A stretch of 64,000 bases of DNA from Mobula hypostoma (Eukaryota), in the NCBI RefSeq assembly GCF_963921235.1, contig NC_086109.1, positions 36,892,001-36,956,000 of the forward strand, in the 5' to 3' direction. The notes beneath the pieces are model-generated. The model was not told the DNA's origin, ran no database searches, and saw only the letters and a program-made list of their open reading frames with translations. Made by a program: the position numbers and the translations under genes. Positions 50,303 to 63,312 of the stretch are shown one piece after another; the stretch's first letter is position 1, and every line of letters starts with the position of its first letter.

Positions 50303-51237
50303 CTAGTTTAAAGCCTCCCCAATAGCACTAACAAACCTCCCTGAAAGGATATTGGTCCCCCTGTAGTTCAAGTGCAATCCGTTTCTCTTGTACAGGTCCC
50401 ACCTGCCCCAGAAGAGGTCCCAATGATCCTGAAATCTGAAACCCTGCCCCCTACACCAGTTCCTCAGCCACTTGTTCATCCTCCAGAGCATCCTATTCCT
50501 ACCCTCACTGGCACGTAGCACAGGTAGCAATCCTGAGATTACCACCCTCGAGGTCCTGCTTTTCAACTTCCTACCAAGCTCTCTATACTCACTCTCCAGG
50601 ACCTCCTCACTCTTCCTTGCTACGTCATTGGTACCGATGTGCATCACGACATTTGGCTGATCACCCTCCCACTTCAGAATGTCATGCAAGCGATCAGAGA
50701 CATCCTCGACCCTGACACCCGGGAGGCAACAAACCATCTTGGATTCTCTGTCACGACCACAGAACCTCCTATCTGTACCTCTAACTATCGAGTCCCCTAT
50801 CACTACCACGTTCCTCTTTTCCCCCCTCCCTTCTGCACTGCAGAGCCAGACTCAGTGCCAGAGATCCGGCTATTGCAGCTTGTCCCAGGTAAGTCATCCC
50901 CCCCAACAGTATCCAATGCGGTATACTTGTTGTAGAGGGGAATGGCCACAGGGGAACCCTGCTCTGTCTGCCCTTTCCTCTTCCCTCGCCTGACAGTGAC
51001 CCAATTTCCTGTCCTCTGCTCCTTTGGCGTAACTACCTCCCTGTAGCTACGATCTACAATCTCCTCATTCTCCCGAATGATCCAAAGGTCATCCAGCTCC
51101 TGCTCCAGTTCCCTAACGCGGTTTGTTAGGAGCTGCAGCTGGATGCACTTCTTGCTGGTGTCGTTGTCAGGGACACCGGAGGGCTCCCTGACTTCCCACA
51201 TCCTTCAAGAGGAGCATTCCAACATCCTGCCCGGCAT
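50303..51237 (-). pseudogene. CR1 ORF1 (N-terminal zinc finger/coiled coil plus SGNH esterase), disrupted
   Basis: MPGRMLECSS*RMWEV..KCIQLQLL, a frameshift near 50806, then VVIGDSIVRG, HIGTND and GLHLN. Confidence 0.88.
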
Positions 51238-51931
51238 TCTGTCTACACTAGACAATCTGAACAAAAAAAAAACTTACCGGAACCTACCCTGGCCTCTGCC
51301 TGTTCTCGCCGAAGCTTGACCACGAAGTTATAATCTCAAAGACCATAAACCCTGTCAGATACATGAGTACTCCCATTAAAGGGAGATTATACTGTAACTA
51401 CCCAATCTTTTATTAGTTTATTCTCCACTATTCACTATTTGGGTCCTCTCTCCCTATCAAGGAGAAAATACTTCCAGCTGACAAAGTAGCTCAAAACACA
51501 GTTCATTTACTTACAGTGATACATGTTTAAATTCAAACAATATTCTTAAAACACATTTAAACCTCACAGAGGATCTTATTTCCCAGGCTGAAAGACTTCA
51601 AAAACTCCCTGCCACCACCCAAGTTTTATCATGCATGAAGTGGCAGTAGCCACTGTTTATTTGTTAACTTGTGTGGTAACAGCATCTTATTTGTTAGTGT
51701 ACTGGTGGTAATATTACTTCATGTCTTAAGTGTGTAAGTTATATGTACTGTGTTGTGCACTTTGGTCTGTTGGTCTGCACATTGTTTCATCTGGAGGTAT
51801 ATATGATTCAGGTTAAATGACAATAAACTGAACTTGACACGAGGAATTCTGCAGATGCTGGAAATTCAAGCAACACACATCAAAGTTGCTGGTGAACACA
51901 GCAGGCCAGGCAGCATCACTAGGAAGAGGTA

Positions 51932-51968
51932 CAGTCGACGTTTTGGGCCGAGACCCTTCGTCAGGACT
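51932..51968 (-). ncRNA. Minimal type I hammerhead ribozyme motif (core mutated GAAA>AAAA)
   Basis: AGTC-CTGACGA-AGGGTCTCGGCCC-AAAA-C-GTC-GACT. Confidence 0.65.
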
Positions 51969-52901
51969 AACTGGAAGAAGAGCTAGTAAGAGATTTGAAA
52001 GTGGGAGGGGGAGGGGGAGATCCAAAATGATAGGAGAAGACAGGAGGGGAGGGATGGAGCCAAGGGCTGGATAGGTGATTGGCAAAGGGGATATGAGAGG
52101 ATCATGGGACAGGAAGCCCAGGGAGAAAGAAAAGGGTGGGGGGGGGGACCCAGAGGATGGGCAAGGGGTATAGTGAGATGGACAGAGGGAGAAAAAGGAG
52201 AGAGAGAGAAAGAATGTGTGTATAAATAAATAAATAGCAGATGGGGTACAAGGGGGAGGTGGGGCATTAGCGGAAGTTTGAGAAGTCAATGTTCATGCCA
52301 TCAGGTTGGAGGCTACCCAGACGGAATATAAGGTATTGTTCCTCCAACCTGAGTGTGGCTTCATCTTTACAGTAGAGGAGGCCGTGGATAGACGTATCAG
52401 AATGTCCACCAGAGAAAGCAGGACCTCCCAGTTGCATCACATTTTAATTCCACGTCCCATTCCCATTCTGATATGTCTATCTACGGCCTCCTCTACTGTA
52501 AAGATGAAGCCACACTCAGGTTCGAGGAACAACACCTTATATTCCGTCAGGGTAGCCTCCAACCTGATGGCATGAACATTGACTTCTCAAACTTCCGTTA
52601 ATGCCCCACATCCCCCTCGTACCCCATCCGTTATTTATTTATATACACACATTCCTTCTCTCTCTCTCTCCTTTTTCTCCCTCTGTCCCTCTCACTATAC
52701 CCCTTGCCCATCCTCTGGGTTTACCCCCCTCCCCCTTTTCCTTCTCCCTGGGCCTCCTGTCCCATGATCCTCTCATATCCCTTTTGCCAATTACCTGCCC
52801 AGCTCTTTGCTCCATCCTTCCCCCTCCTGTCTTCTCCTATCATTTTGGATCTCCCCCTCCCCCTCCCACTTTCAAATCTCTTACTAGCTCTTCTTTCAGT
52901 T

Positions 52902-52938
52902 AGTCCTGACGAAGGGTCTCGGCCTGAAATGTCAGCTG
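52902..52938 (+). ncRNA. Minimal type I hammerhead ribozyme motif (stems I and III mutated)
   Basis: AGTC-CTGACGA-AGGGTCTCGGCCT-GAAA-T-GTC-AGCT. Confidence 0.6.
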
Positions 52939-54246
52939 TACCTCTTCCTAGAGATGCTGCCTGGCCTGCTGTAAACTGAACTTGGACTTGATCTTAAACA
53001 GTTGCAAATTACAAACCATTCCTTAAACGTAACCTATTTCCAAAACTCAAAACACAAAGCACAAAGCATTTTTAAGACACAAAGGACGAAGAATATCTAA
53101 ATCGCAAGTACAATTCCGATAAACTAAAAAGATGTCCCATGATCCAGACAAAGAAGTGATTCATTGCTGAAGCCAAGCTGGGGGAATGGATTATCTTCAC
53201 TTTATACTTCTTCCACGTTTCTTGATGTTCCTTAATAACCCTGAACTACCCTCTACATTTATACCCTTTTTCTATCACTTCAGTAACTTCACATGCATAT
53301 GATATTTCCTCAGATATCTTTTAAACACAAAATGTTTCAATGCGCTGGGAAACATAGACCTCAGCTTGATATTCATAACTAACACAGAAACTCCCAACTA
53401 TAAACACATCAGTCATTGATATGCTAACCAATATTATCCATTTGTTCAGCACGTTTCCTTGAACTAAGCAACTTAAGAGTCAGCTTGTCTGTTTGAAACA
53501 TGCCAAATTAACACAGCAGTCTATCGCTCATCAGTAATAAACTAGGTGCAGTGAGTTATCATTCTGATGCATAGACAAAGCTTGCTTGCAAAGCTGTTCT
53601 ATAGAAAATACCTGCTTTAACTTCAAACTGTTTACTGCTTTCCACTTTTGTATTAAGAACTGAAGACTGGCATCCTTTTACGATCAGAAAGTTTTTAAAA
53701 AAAAGCAATATTAGTTAGAAATTTACTTCCAACTGTTTTTGATCTCACAAGTGACAGCTGCTGTGTGTTTAGAAAAAAAGCTTAGGAAACATGAGACCTC
53801 CAGTCTCAGGATAATGAATATCCATCAGATGAATACAAACAGCTGACCATCTACAGGATGCCTTATAGCAACTCACCAAGACTGCTTAAGGCAATGCCTT
53901 CTAAACCCTTAGCCTCTACAAGCTAAAAGGACAAGAGCAGCAAAATCTTGGGAATACCATTGCCTGGAAGTTGCCCTTCAAGTCAAAGACCATCTTGATG
54001 TGGAAATATCTCACCATTTTTTCACCATTGCTCAGTCAGAATCATGGAACTCCCTTTCTAATTGTGGGTATGCCCACACCTCAAAGATTGCAGCAATTTA
54101 TGAAGGCAGCACACCATCACCTTTTTCTAGAGCAACTAGGAATGATTAATTAAACGTTAACGAAGACCACATCAATGTTTTCCTTGGCTAATTTGAGGTG
54201 GACATATTAACAGAAACTGATTGTGACAGATTGTAACAGAAACTTA

Positions 54247-57200
54247 CTGATTGTGCATCATATAGACCGATATCTCTTTGAATGTAGATTCAAAAATTTT
54301 TTCAAAAATTTTAGCAACTAGGTTAGAGAAGGTATTACCTCAAATTATATCTATGGACCTAACTGGATTTATTAAAAACCGTTATTCATCTTTTAATATT
54401 AGGAGGTTAATGAATATTGTTTATACCCCTTCATTTAATACTCCGGAATGTATTATCTCATTAGATGCTGAGAAAGCCTTTGACAGAGTTGAATGGCCTT
54501 ATTTATTTTGTGTGCTTGAGAAATTTAATTTTAGTTTGATATTTATATCTTGGATTAAATTGTTAAATAATACCCTGGTAGCTTCGGTTTGCACTAATAA
54601 TCAAAGATCTCCCTTTTTTTGTCTATTTCGTGGTACTTGGCAAGGATGCCCTCTTAGTCCTTTAATATTTAATATCGCACTCGAACCTTTAGCAATTGCT
54701 ATCTGTGACTCATCCAATATGAAATACATAAATTATCACTATATGCAGATGATTTGTTATTATATATTTCTAATCAAGAGAAGTCAATTCTTGTTATTCT
54801 AGCTTTGTTGGCTTAATTTAGTAATTTTTCTGGCTACAAATTAAACCTTAATAAGAGTGAATTATTTCCCCTAAATAAGCAGCTACCTATTTATGAATGT
54901 TTACCATTTAAATTGGTTACTGACTCGTTTATATATTTAGGGATTATAATTTCGAAAAAGTATAAAGATTTATTTAAAGCTAATTTTTTACCTTTAATTG
55001 ATCAGATTAAACTTTTGTTTACTAAATGGTCACCAATATCTTTGTCTTTGATTGGTCGGATTAATGCTATTAAGATGATTATTTTGCCTAAATTTCTATA
55101 TGTATTTCAATCGGTTCTAATTTTTATTCCAAAATCTTTTTTTTTGATAATGTTGACTCAAAAATTTCTTCATATATATGGGAGAACAAAAATCCTAGGC
55201 TAGGTAAAAGGCATTTACAGAAATCTAAAAAAGAGGGGGGGTTAGCGCTTCTGAATTTTAGATTTTATTATTGGGCAATTAATATTTGATACTTAAAATT
55301 TGGGTTACGAGATTTGGATGCAACTTCAAGTCCACATTGGGTAAATCTTGAAGGTAATTCTTTACAAGGGTTTTCTTTGGGTTCGGTTTTAGGAACTTGG
55401 CTTCCTTTCATTCTTTCTAAACCGTACAAACAAATGAATAATCCAATAGTTAAGCATACTTTACATATATGGTTTCAATTTTGAGAATTTTTTGGGTTGA
55501 ATCAATTTATTTTAGCAAGTCCTATTATATCTAATTTCTTTTTTCAACCTTCCACTATGGATCAAGCTTACTTTGATTGGAAAATCAAAGGTATAGTACG
55601 ATTTTGTGATTTATTTTTGGATAATTGTTTTATGTCCTTTGATCAACTTTCTAATAAATATAATTTACCCAGATCTCACTTTTTTAGATACCTACAGGTT
55701 AGAAACTTTTTAATTACTGTTGCTCCTAATTTTCCACACTTATATCCAATAGATATTTTGGAAAAAAGATTTAGATTTAAACCTCTCTCAGAAAGGTGTT
55801 TTAGCAATTATTTATAATATAATTATGAATTTATGTCCTGATGTATCTAATAAAATTAAAACTGATTGGGAAAGAGATCTTAAGATTATAATACCGATTG
55901 AAAAATGGGAAAAAATTCTTCAATTAGTTAATTCATCTTCTATATTTGCTAAACATGCGTTGATACAGTTTAAAGTAGTGCACAGGCCTCATATGTCAAA
56001 AGATAAACTGTCTCATTATTATTCAGGAGGGATAGACATGAAAGAAAAGGAGGTGGGGTGGCGTTGCTGGTTAAAGATGAGATTAACGCAATAGAAAGGA
56101 AGGACATAAGCCGGGAAGATGTGGAATCGATATGGGTAGAGCTGCATAACACTAAGGGGCAGAAGACGCTGGTGGGAGTTGTGTACAGGCCACCAAACAG
56201 TAGTAGTGAGGTCAGAGATGGTATTAAACAGGAAATTAGAAATGTGTGCAATAAAGGAACAGCAGTTATAATGGGTAACTTCAATCTACATGTAGATTGG
56301 GTGAACCAAATTGGTAAAGGTGCTGAGGAAGAGGATTTCTTGGAATGTATGCAGGATGGCTTTTTGAACCAACATGTCGAGGAACCAACTAGAGAGCAGG
56401 CTATTCTGGACTGGGTTTTGAGCAATGAGGAAGGATTAATTAGCAATATTGTCGTGAGAGGCCCCTTGGGTAAGAGTGACCATAATATGGTGGAATTCTT
56501 CATTAAGATGGAGAGTGACATAGTTAATTCAGAAACAAAGGTTCTGAACTTAAAGAGGGGTAACTTTGAAGGTATGAGACGTGAATTAGCTAAGATAGAC
56601 TGGCAAATGACACTTAAAGGATTGACGGTAGATATGCAATGGCAAGCATTTAAAGATCGCATGGATGAACTACAACAATTGTTCATCCCAGTTTGGCAAA
56701 AGAATAAATCAAGGAAGGTAGTGCACCCGTGGCTGACAAGAGAAATTAGGGATAGTATCAATTCCAAAGAAGAAGCATACAAATTAGCCAGAAAAAGTGG
56801 CTCACCTGAGGACTGGGAGAAATTCAGAGTTCAGCAGAGGAGGACAAAGTGTTTAATTAGGAAGAGGAAAAAAGATTATGAGAGAAAACTGGCAGGGAAC
56901 ATAAAAACTGACTGTAAAAGCTTTTATAGATATGTAAAAAGGAAAAGACTGGTAAAGACAAATGTAGGTCCCCTACAGACAGAAACAGATGAATTGATTA
57001 TGGGGAGCAAGGACATGGCAGACCAATTGAATAATTACTTTGGTTCTGTCTTCACTAAGGAGGACATAAATAATCTTCCCAAAATAGTAGGGGACAGAGG
57101 GTCCAGTGAGATGGAGGAACTGAGGGAAATACATGTTAGTAGGGAAGTGGTGTTAGGTAAATTGAAGGGATTAAAGACAGATAAATCCCTAGGGCCAGAT

Positions 57201-59572
57201 GGTCTGCATCCCAGAGTGCTTAAGGAAGTAGCCCAAGAAATAGTGGATGCATTAGTGATAATTTTTCAAAACTCGTTAGATTCTGGACTAGTTCCTGAGG
57301 ATTGGAGGGTGGCTAATGTAATCCCACTTTTTAAAAAAGGAGGGAGAGAGTAACTGGGGAATTATAGACCGGTTAGCCTAACGTCGGTGGTGGGGAAACT
57401 GCTGGAGTTAGTTATCAAAGATGTGATAACAGCACATTTGGAAAGCGGTGAAATCATCGGACAAAGTCAGCATGGATTTGTGAAAGGAAAATCATGTCTG
57501 ACGAATCTCATAGAATTTTTTGAGGATGTAACTAGTCGAGTGGATAGGGGAGAACGAGTGGATGTGGTATATTTGGATTTTCAAAAGGCTTTTGACAAGG
57601 TCCCACACAGGAGATTAGTGTGCAAACTTAAATCACACGGTATTGGGGGTAAGGTATTGATGTAGATAGAGAATTGGTTAGCAGACAGGAAGCAAAGAGT
57701 GGGAATAAACGGGACCTTTTCAGAATGGCAGGCAGTGACTAGTGGGGTACCGCAAGGCTCAGTGCTGGGACCCCAGTTGTTTACAATATATATTAATGAC
57801 TTGGATGAGGGAATTAAATGCAGCATCTCCAAGTTTGCGGATGACACGAAGCTGGGTGGCAGTGTTAGCTGTGAGGAGGATGCTAAGAGGATGCAGGGTG
57901 ACTTGGATAGGTTGGGTGAGTGGGCAAATTCATGGCAGATGCAATTTAATGTGGATAAATGTGAAGTTATCCACTTTGGTTGCAAAAATAGGAAAACAGA
58001 TTATTATCTGAATGGTGGCCGATTAGGAAAAGGGGAGGTGCAACGAGACCTGGGTGTCATTATACACCAGTCATTGAAAGTGGGCATGCAGGTACAGCAG
58101 GCGGTGAAATAGGCGAATGGTATGCTGGCATTTATAGCAAGAAGATTCGAGTACAGGAGCAGGGAGGTACTACTACAGTTGTACAAGGCCTTGGTGAGAC
58201 CACACCTGGAGTATTGTGTGCAGTTTTGGTCCCCTAATCTGAGGAAAGACATCCTTGCCATAGAGGGAGTACAAAGAAGGTTCACCAGATTGATTCCTGG
58301 GGTGGCAGGACTTTCATATGAAGAAAGACTGGATGAACTGGGCTTGTACTCGTTGGAATTTAGAAGATTGAGCGGGTATCTGATTGAAACATATAAAATC
58401 CTAAAGGGATTGGACAGGCTAGATGCAGGAAGATTGTTCCCAATGTTGGGGAAGTCCAGAACGAGGGGTCACAGTTTGAGGATAAGAGGGAAGCCTTTTA
58501 GGACTGAGATTAGGAAAAACTTCTTCACACAGAGAGTGGTGAATCTGTGGAAATCTCGGCCACAGGAAACAGTTGAGGCCAGTTCATTGGCTATATTTAA
58601 GAGGGAGTTAGATATGACCCTTGTGGCTACGGGGATCAGGGGGTATGGAAGGAAGGCTGGTGCGGGGTTCTGAGTTGAATGATCAGCCATGATCATAATA
58701 AATGTGGTGCAGACTCAAAGGGCCGAATGGCCTACTCCTGCACCTATTTTCTATGTTTCTATGTTTCTATTCTTTTATAAATCCTCTATGTGATAGATGA
58801 CATTCCGAGATAGCTTCTTTAACTCACATGTTTTGGTCATGTTCTTTGTTGAAAAAATATTGGAAAGATATTTTTGATATTATTTCAAGAGTTTTGAATA
58901 TAGACTTACAACCTCACCCAATTACTGCTATTTTTGGGTTACCAATGATAGAATCAAATCCTTTGACCTCTTCGGCTCATCGGATGATTGCATTTCTTAC
59001 TTTAATGGCTAGAAGATCCATTTTGCTGAATTGGAAAGAGATTAACCTTCTTACTATATTTCACTGGTTTTCACGAACAATATTGTGTTTAAATTTGGAA
59101 AAAATTAGAAGTGTGGTTTATGACTCTTCCATTAAATTTGAAAAAACTTGGAGGCCATTTATTCAGCACTTTCATATGATGTAATTTGACCATTTCCAAG
59201 CTTATTTTACTTCTCTGTAGTGTTGGTTGAGAGGAACGGAGTCGTCGACACTAAGGTTTTCTTTTCTCCCATTTTTTATGATGTTAAAACAACCCAGGTC
59301 TTCTTTAGTTTAGTTGATTAATTCTGTTTCGATTAGGTTTTTTTTGAGGGGGTTATTATTTTATTTCTCTTTTTCATGATTTTTCTCTAGATTTTGTTTT
59401 GTTCTGTATTATTCATCGGTACCCTATATGATTGGGAATTTTGTCAATTAAGTACTATTGGGTTTTATAATTACTCATGTTAAGTATAACAATGTATTCC
59501 CAATAACTTTGTACTATTATTATGTCATGTTTATATTTTATGAAACTAATAAAAAGATTGAAAAAGAAAGAA
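54247..59572 (+). mobile_element. L1-clade LINE, 5'-truncated and degenerate, interrupted by CR1
   Basis: SYRPISL, SLDAEKAFDRVEW, RGTWQGCPLSP, YADD (tatgcagatgat), C-terminal CDR..THMFWSC. It ends in AATAAA plus a (GAAA)n tail. TSD AGAAACTTA at 54238-54246 and 59573-59581. Confidence 0.9.
56025..58767 (+). mobile_element. CR1 LINE (partial APE, RT and tail), same subfamily as 375-2954, nested in L1
   Basis: ORFs 56058-58673 are broken by a few stops. TSD TATTC at 56020-56024 and 58768-58772. The host frame HYYS|FINPLCDR rejoins. Confidence 0.96.
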
Positions 59573-60497
59573 AGAAACTTATGAGTTTCCTGCATGCTAA
59601 TGTACTTATTTAAATGAAGTCAACTTGCTGAAGTGCCATATGGGACCCAAATCCTTTCCTATCACATTATGGTATCCATAGAAAAGGTCAGTACTTCCGT
59701 TGTGTTGAACATATATGCCGACAATATTGATACATCTAGAAGATACTTCAAAAATAGTGTACTATTGAAAGACTATAAATCAACAGTAAATAAATTAAAT
59801 GTTGTTGCAAATTTATTTAAATTTCACCATATTTCAAATTAACATGAAATATTTCCATATATTTGTGGCTCAGTGCATTTCTGCTCCATGACTTCATGTT
59901 AAATTTCAGTCACACATGCCCGCAGAAATCAAAATGACAACCTTGATTAGAGTGACACAGCAAAATTGTCATTTGAATTCATCGTTCATCAGTGGAGAGT
60001 GAAGAAAGGTGCAGTGAGAGAAAAAACGGTTATTTAAATTGTGGTTGGGATTGCCTTATCTTTCTTAGGTTCCAGATTCCTTTTTTGTCTGAAGTTCAAT
60101 AACACCAGACAAAGTGATGCACAAAGCCTGCCAATTTTACTATGCTGAAAGTAAACAACAAAATTTAAATAACTGCAAGTTAATACAATCCAAGTAAATC
60201 AAACTTCTGAAAGTTTATATTTTATGCTACTCTTAATCCTCCTCATTTTGTTCCGGGTTGATTTTCTGGAATAAAATGGTTCAGAGATATTTCAGACATA
60301 ATCTGCATTTCATTCTCTTTTTCTAAAATTTTTAGCCAAGAATACATTGTTTTGTCAACAAAGTGTATAGAGGATAGACTCTGACTTGAATATGTGCAGG
60401 GTAGAATCCAGTAAAGGCTCAAATCATATTACTGTCTAATGTTATGTAAGCATAATTGCCAGTCTCGCTAATTTCCTTCTTAACTAAACAGGTGAAA

Positions 60498-60565
60498 ATA
60501 GAAACATAGAAAACCTACAGCACAATATAGGCCCTTTGGCACACAATGCTGTACCGAACATGTAG
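60498..60565 (-). mobile_element. Very short CR1 3' tail
   Basis: ATAGAAACATAGAAAACCTACAGCACAATATAGGCCC is the near-inverse of 19574-19610. Confidence 0.7.
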
Positions 60566-63312
60566 GTAGCCTATTATAGGCAAATTGCATTGAGACTCTT
60601 TCATTTTCCTTATGGTTTTCTATGTTTATTGCAACTGGACTTGGTCTCTATTATTTCCTTCCAGAAAATAATGTTGACAGAGAGCTAATTCATATCAGTT
60701 TAATTGAGTTTTTGAGATAAGGAAACCTTTGCTAGTTTTGAAAGGCTTCTAAACACCAGAACAGTCTACCCAAACAGGCAATACGTTGCATTTATTTCAG
60801 TCTTTACAAAGAAGATCATCATGAACAGCCAAGGAAAAAGAAATGCAAGTATTTCACAGAAATGAATTCAGGAAAATGTACCCTGTGCATGAAACCAAAA
60901 CTACAAAGGATATTTCTGTTTTAAGTATCCTTCATACAGGAACTTCAATGCAATAGCAGTGAATACTGATAATTTGAATCAATCCTTCAGAAGATTAGTT
61001 GTTCCTTCAGATTCCAGCATCCACAGCCTCAGTTGTCTCTGTGTCTATCTTATTTTTCATTACATATGAGCTTTCAATTCTTAAATACAGAATGGATGCT
61101 AATCTAGATCCCCAGAGCTAAAAGGCAGTGATAGGAATTAACAGATTAAGAGAACCATCACATTATAGCAACATCCATTAACTGGAATAGCATCTTAAAA
61201 AGCATGTCACATGCGAAAAATTCAACTTTTTAAAATCACAGTCTGCACACTGTAGCTGTAACTACAACTAACTGCAGTCAAAAATACACGATATACCAGT
61301 GGACCTGTTTTTCAGATCATTATTTTCATTAGATGCTATCCAACAATAATAATACTAATTAAAATAGAAATATGATGAAATGAACAGGGTTTTTAACTCA
61401 ATAATGACAATTTTAACCTAAAGTTATTTATAATATTAATCATAGATAATAGATACAACACATTTTAATTTACATTACAAGTTTTCTTAATAAAGATTTG
61501 CCACTTTTTTTTCTAATAGGCAAACTCATTGCGTACAAATGAGGATTACCATCCCATGTCAGTTCCCAGATTTCATAGGCATTGTCATTTTAAAAAAATG
61601 ACTTAATATGGTGCATTATTAACACTATCCACTGATTCTTAATATTCCATCCTAATGAATCACAGCAATATGTAGCAATTATAATTTCTTTGGCTTTATT
61701 GAAGCACATATATCAATTATTAATTGGCATAAAGTAAAATGTGTAATTAGTACACAGCTGCAAATCACTTTAGCCATTAAAATTAACATAAGACCATAAA
61801 TCAACGCAAAACTTATCTTTATATTTCCGTCCTCCTGCAAGTTCTTCTAACCTTCACCACCCCTACTGTTAGATACAGTTCAATGCTTGTGAATGGTACG
61901 TAAGTGTGCTATCCCTATGGCCATTACTGCAAGAGCTTCAATGCAACGTTATTCCACTTTGTGACACAGCTCCTGTCATATTTAATTAAAATCAAACTCC
62001 AAAGTCAGTTAACCTTTTAACCTAACATTGGCATGAAGCAGAATAATACTTCTTGCTTAGGAAAATCTCGCAATTCTTTGTTTTGAAGTCAGCTTGGCCT
62101 AAATATCAAACTACTCTGTGGAGTCAATTTTGAATTTTGGATACTAACCAGAGGTGGGAACAACCTCTTAGCTAAGGCAGCAGCAGTAATCTGCAGGTGG
62201 GTCCAAGGACAATGGTGCATGGGGGAGGGAGCTGGGTGGATGGAGAATGGACAGGCAGTAACACTTCAGACTTTCTTAAGTGGACCTAAGAAACTGACAA
62301 AAACTTTTCATTAGCAGAGCCCTTTGAGTTTATTTGCCCATGAGACTTGGTGGAGTTTGTACCCATGTCAACTTCTGACCAAACGTATCAGTCAGGGTGA
62401 TGTTTATATCATTGGATCCCAGTTTGCATACTCAATGGAACTGTACTTCGGATGATTAGCAGGAGCTCAGTTCCAAATCATAGCCAACTGGAATAAAGAC
62501 AAAGTTTGCAATAGAATTTTGAGGTCATATTTTTTCTACTTAACTTTAAGCAAACAAAATGAAAGCAATTATCATGAATTTAAAATCAGCATGAATCAGA
62601 AGCCACAATGAACTATCTCTAAACTTTTGATACATCCCTTGGCTTCATTCATAACACTCAGATTTAGATTATTAAGTATGTGGTGTAAAATTATGCAACT
62701 TTTGTAGCATTGATTAATGAATTGAAAATATCCAGATCACTCTCTTCATTATTTAACAGGAAGAATTATCCTAAAGCTTTGGAATCCAGCAAACAAACAA
62801 GTCTATTTATTCTTCGTACATCACTAAATAACAAAAATAATGTTTTCCATTATTGTATTGTATTTCAGACACAAACATCGACCCTGATGTTTTTTCAGTT
62901 AGTTTGCATTAATGGCAAATTAGAGTAAGATTCCAAAATTCCACAAGAATTTTGTATCAAATAGATATCCTAACTTAGGATTTACTGATGGTTTTGAACA
63001 TTGACCATATTTAATTTTAGTCTGGAGAACTACCAACTTGGATTAGATGGATTTATTGTTGTGACACGTACTGATACACAGTAAAAAGCTTATGTTTGTG
63101 AGGTAGTAAACAGGAAAACAGAATGCAGAATGTAATAAAGAGAAAATGCACTGCTAACAGGCTTGAATTTCTTGTTGAAATTAATTGCTCACTTAATGTT
63201 TAAACTTGCAAATTCAAATTACATACAAACTGTGTGATTTAAACCAAATTCTTAAAACTTGAAATGAGACTAATTATATCAATTATCTTCAAAGCCAAAG
63301 ACATTTCACCAA

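Larger units (their letters stand above)
47294..51316 (-). mobile_element. Near full-length CR1 LINE
   Basis: ORF1 remnants, an open ORF2, a 3'UTR and a (GAAACCATA)n tail at 47294-47315. Confidence 0.96.
51837..52971. mobile_element. Penelope-like element as a head-to-head fold-back, with GIY-YIG C-terminus and pLTR; 13-bp TSD
   Basis: Inverted arms at ~51899-52404 and ~52464-52971. The + arm encodes HFNS..DMSIYGLL..LRFEEQHLIFR..LQPDGMNIDFSNFR*. TAAACTGAACTTG occurs at 51824-51836 and 52972-52984. Confidence 0.88.

Noticed and set aside
51837..52971. DNA transposon or MITE with long TIRs
   Set aside because: The arms are unequal, and they contain GIY-YIG coding sequence and hammerhead motifs typical of Penelope-like retroelements.
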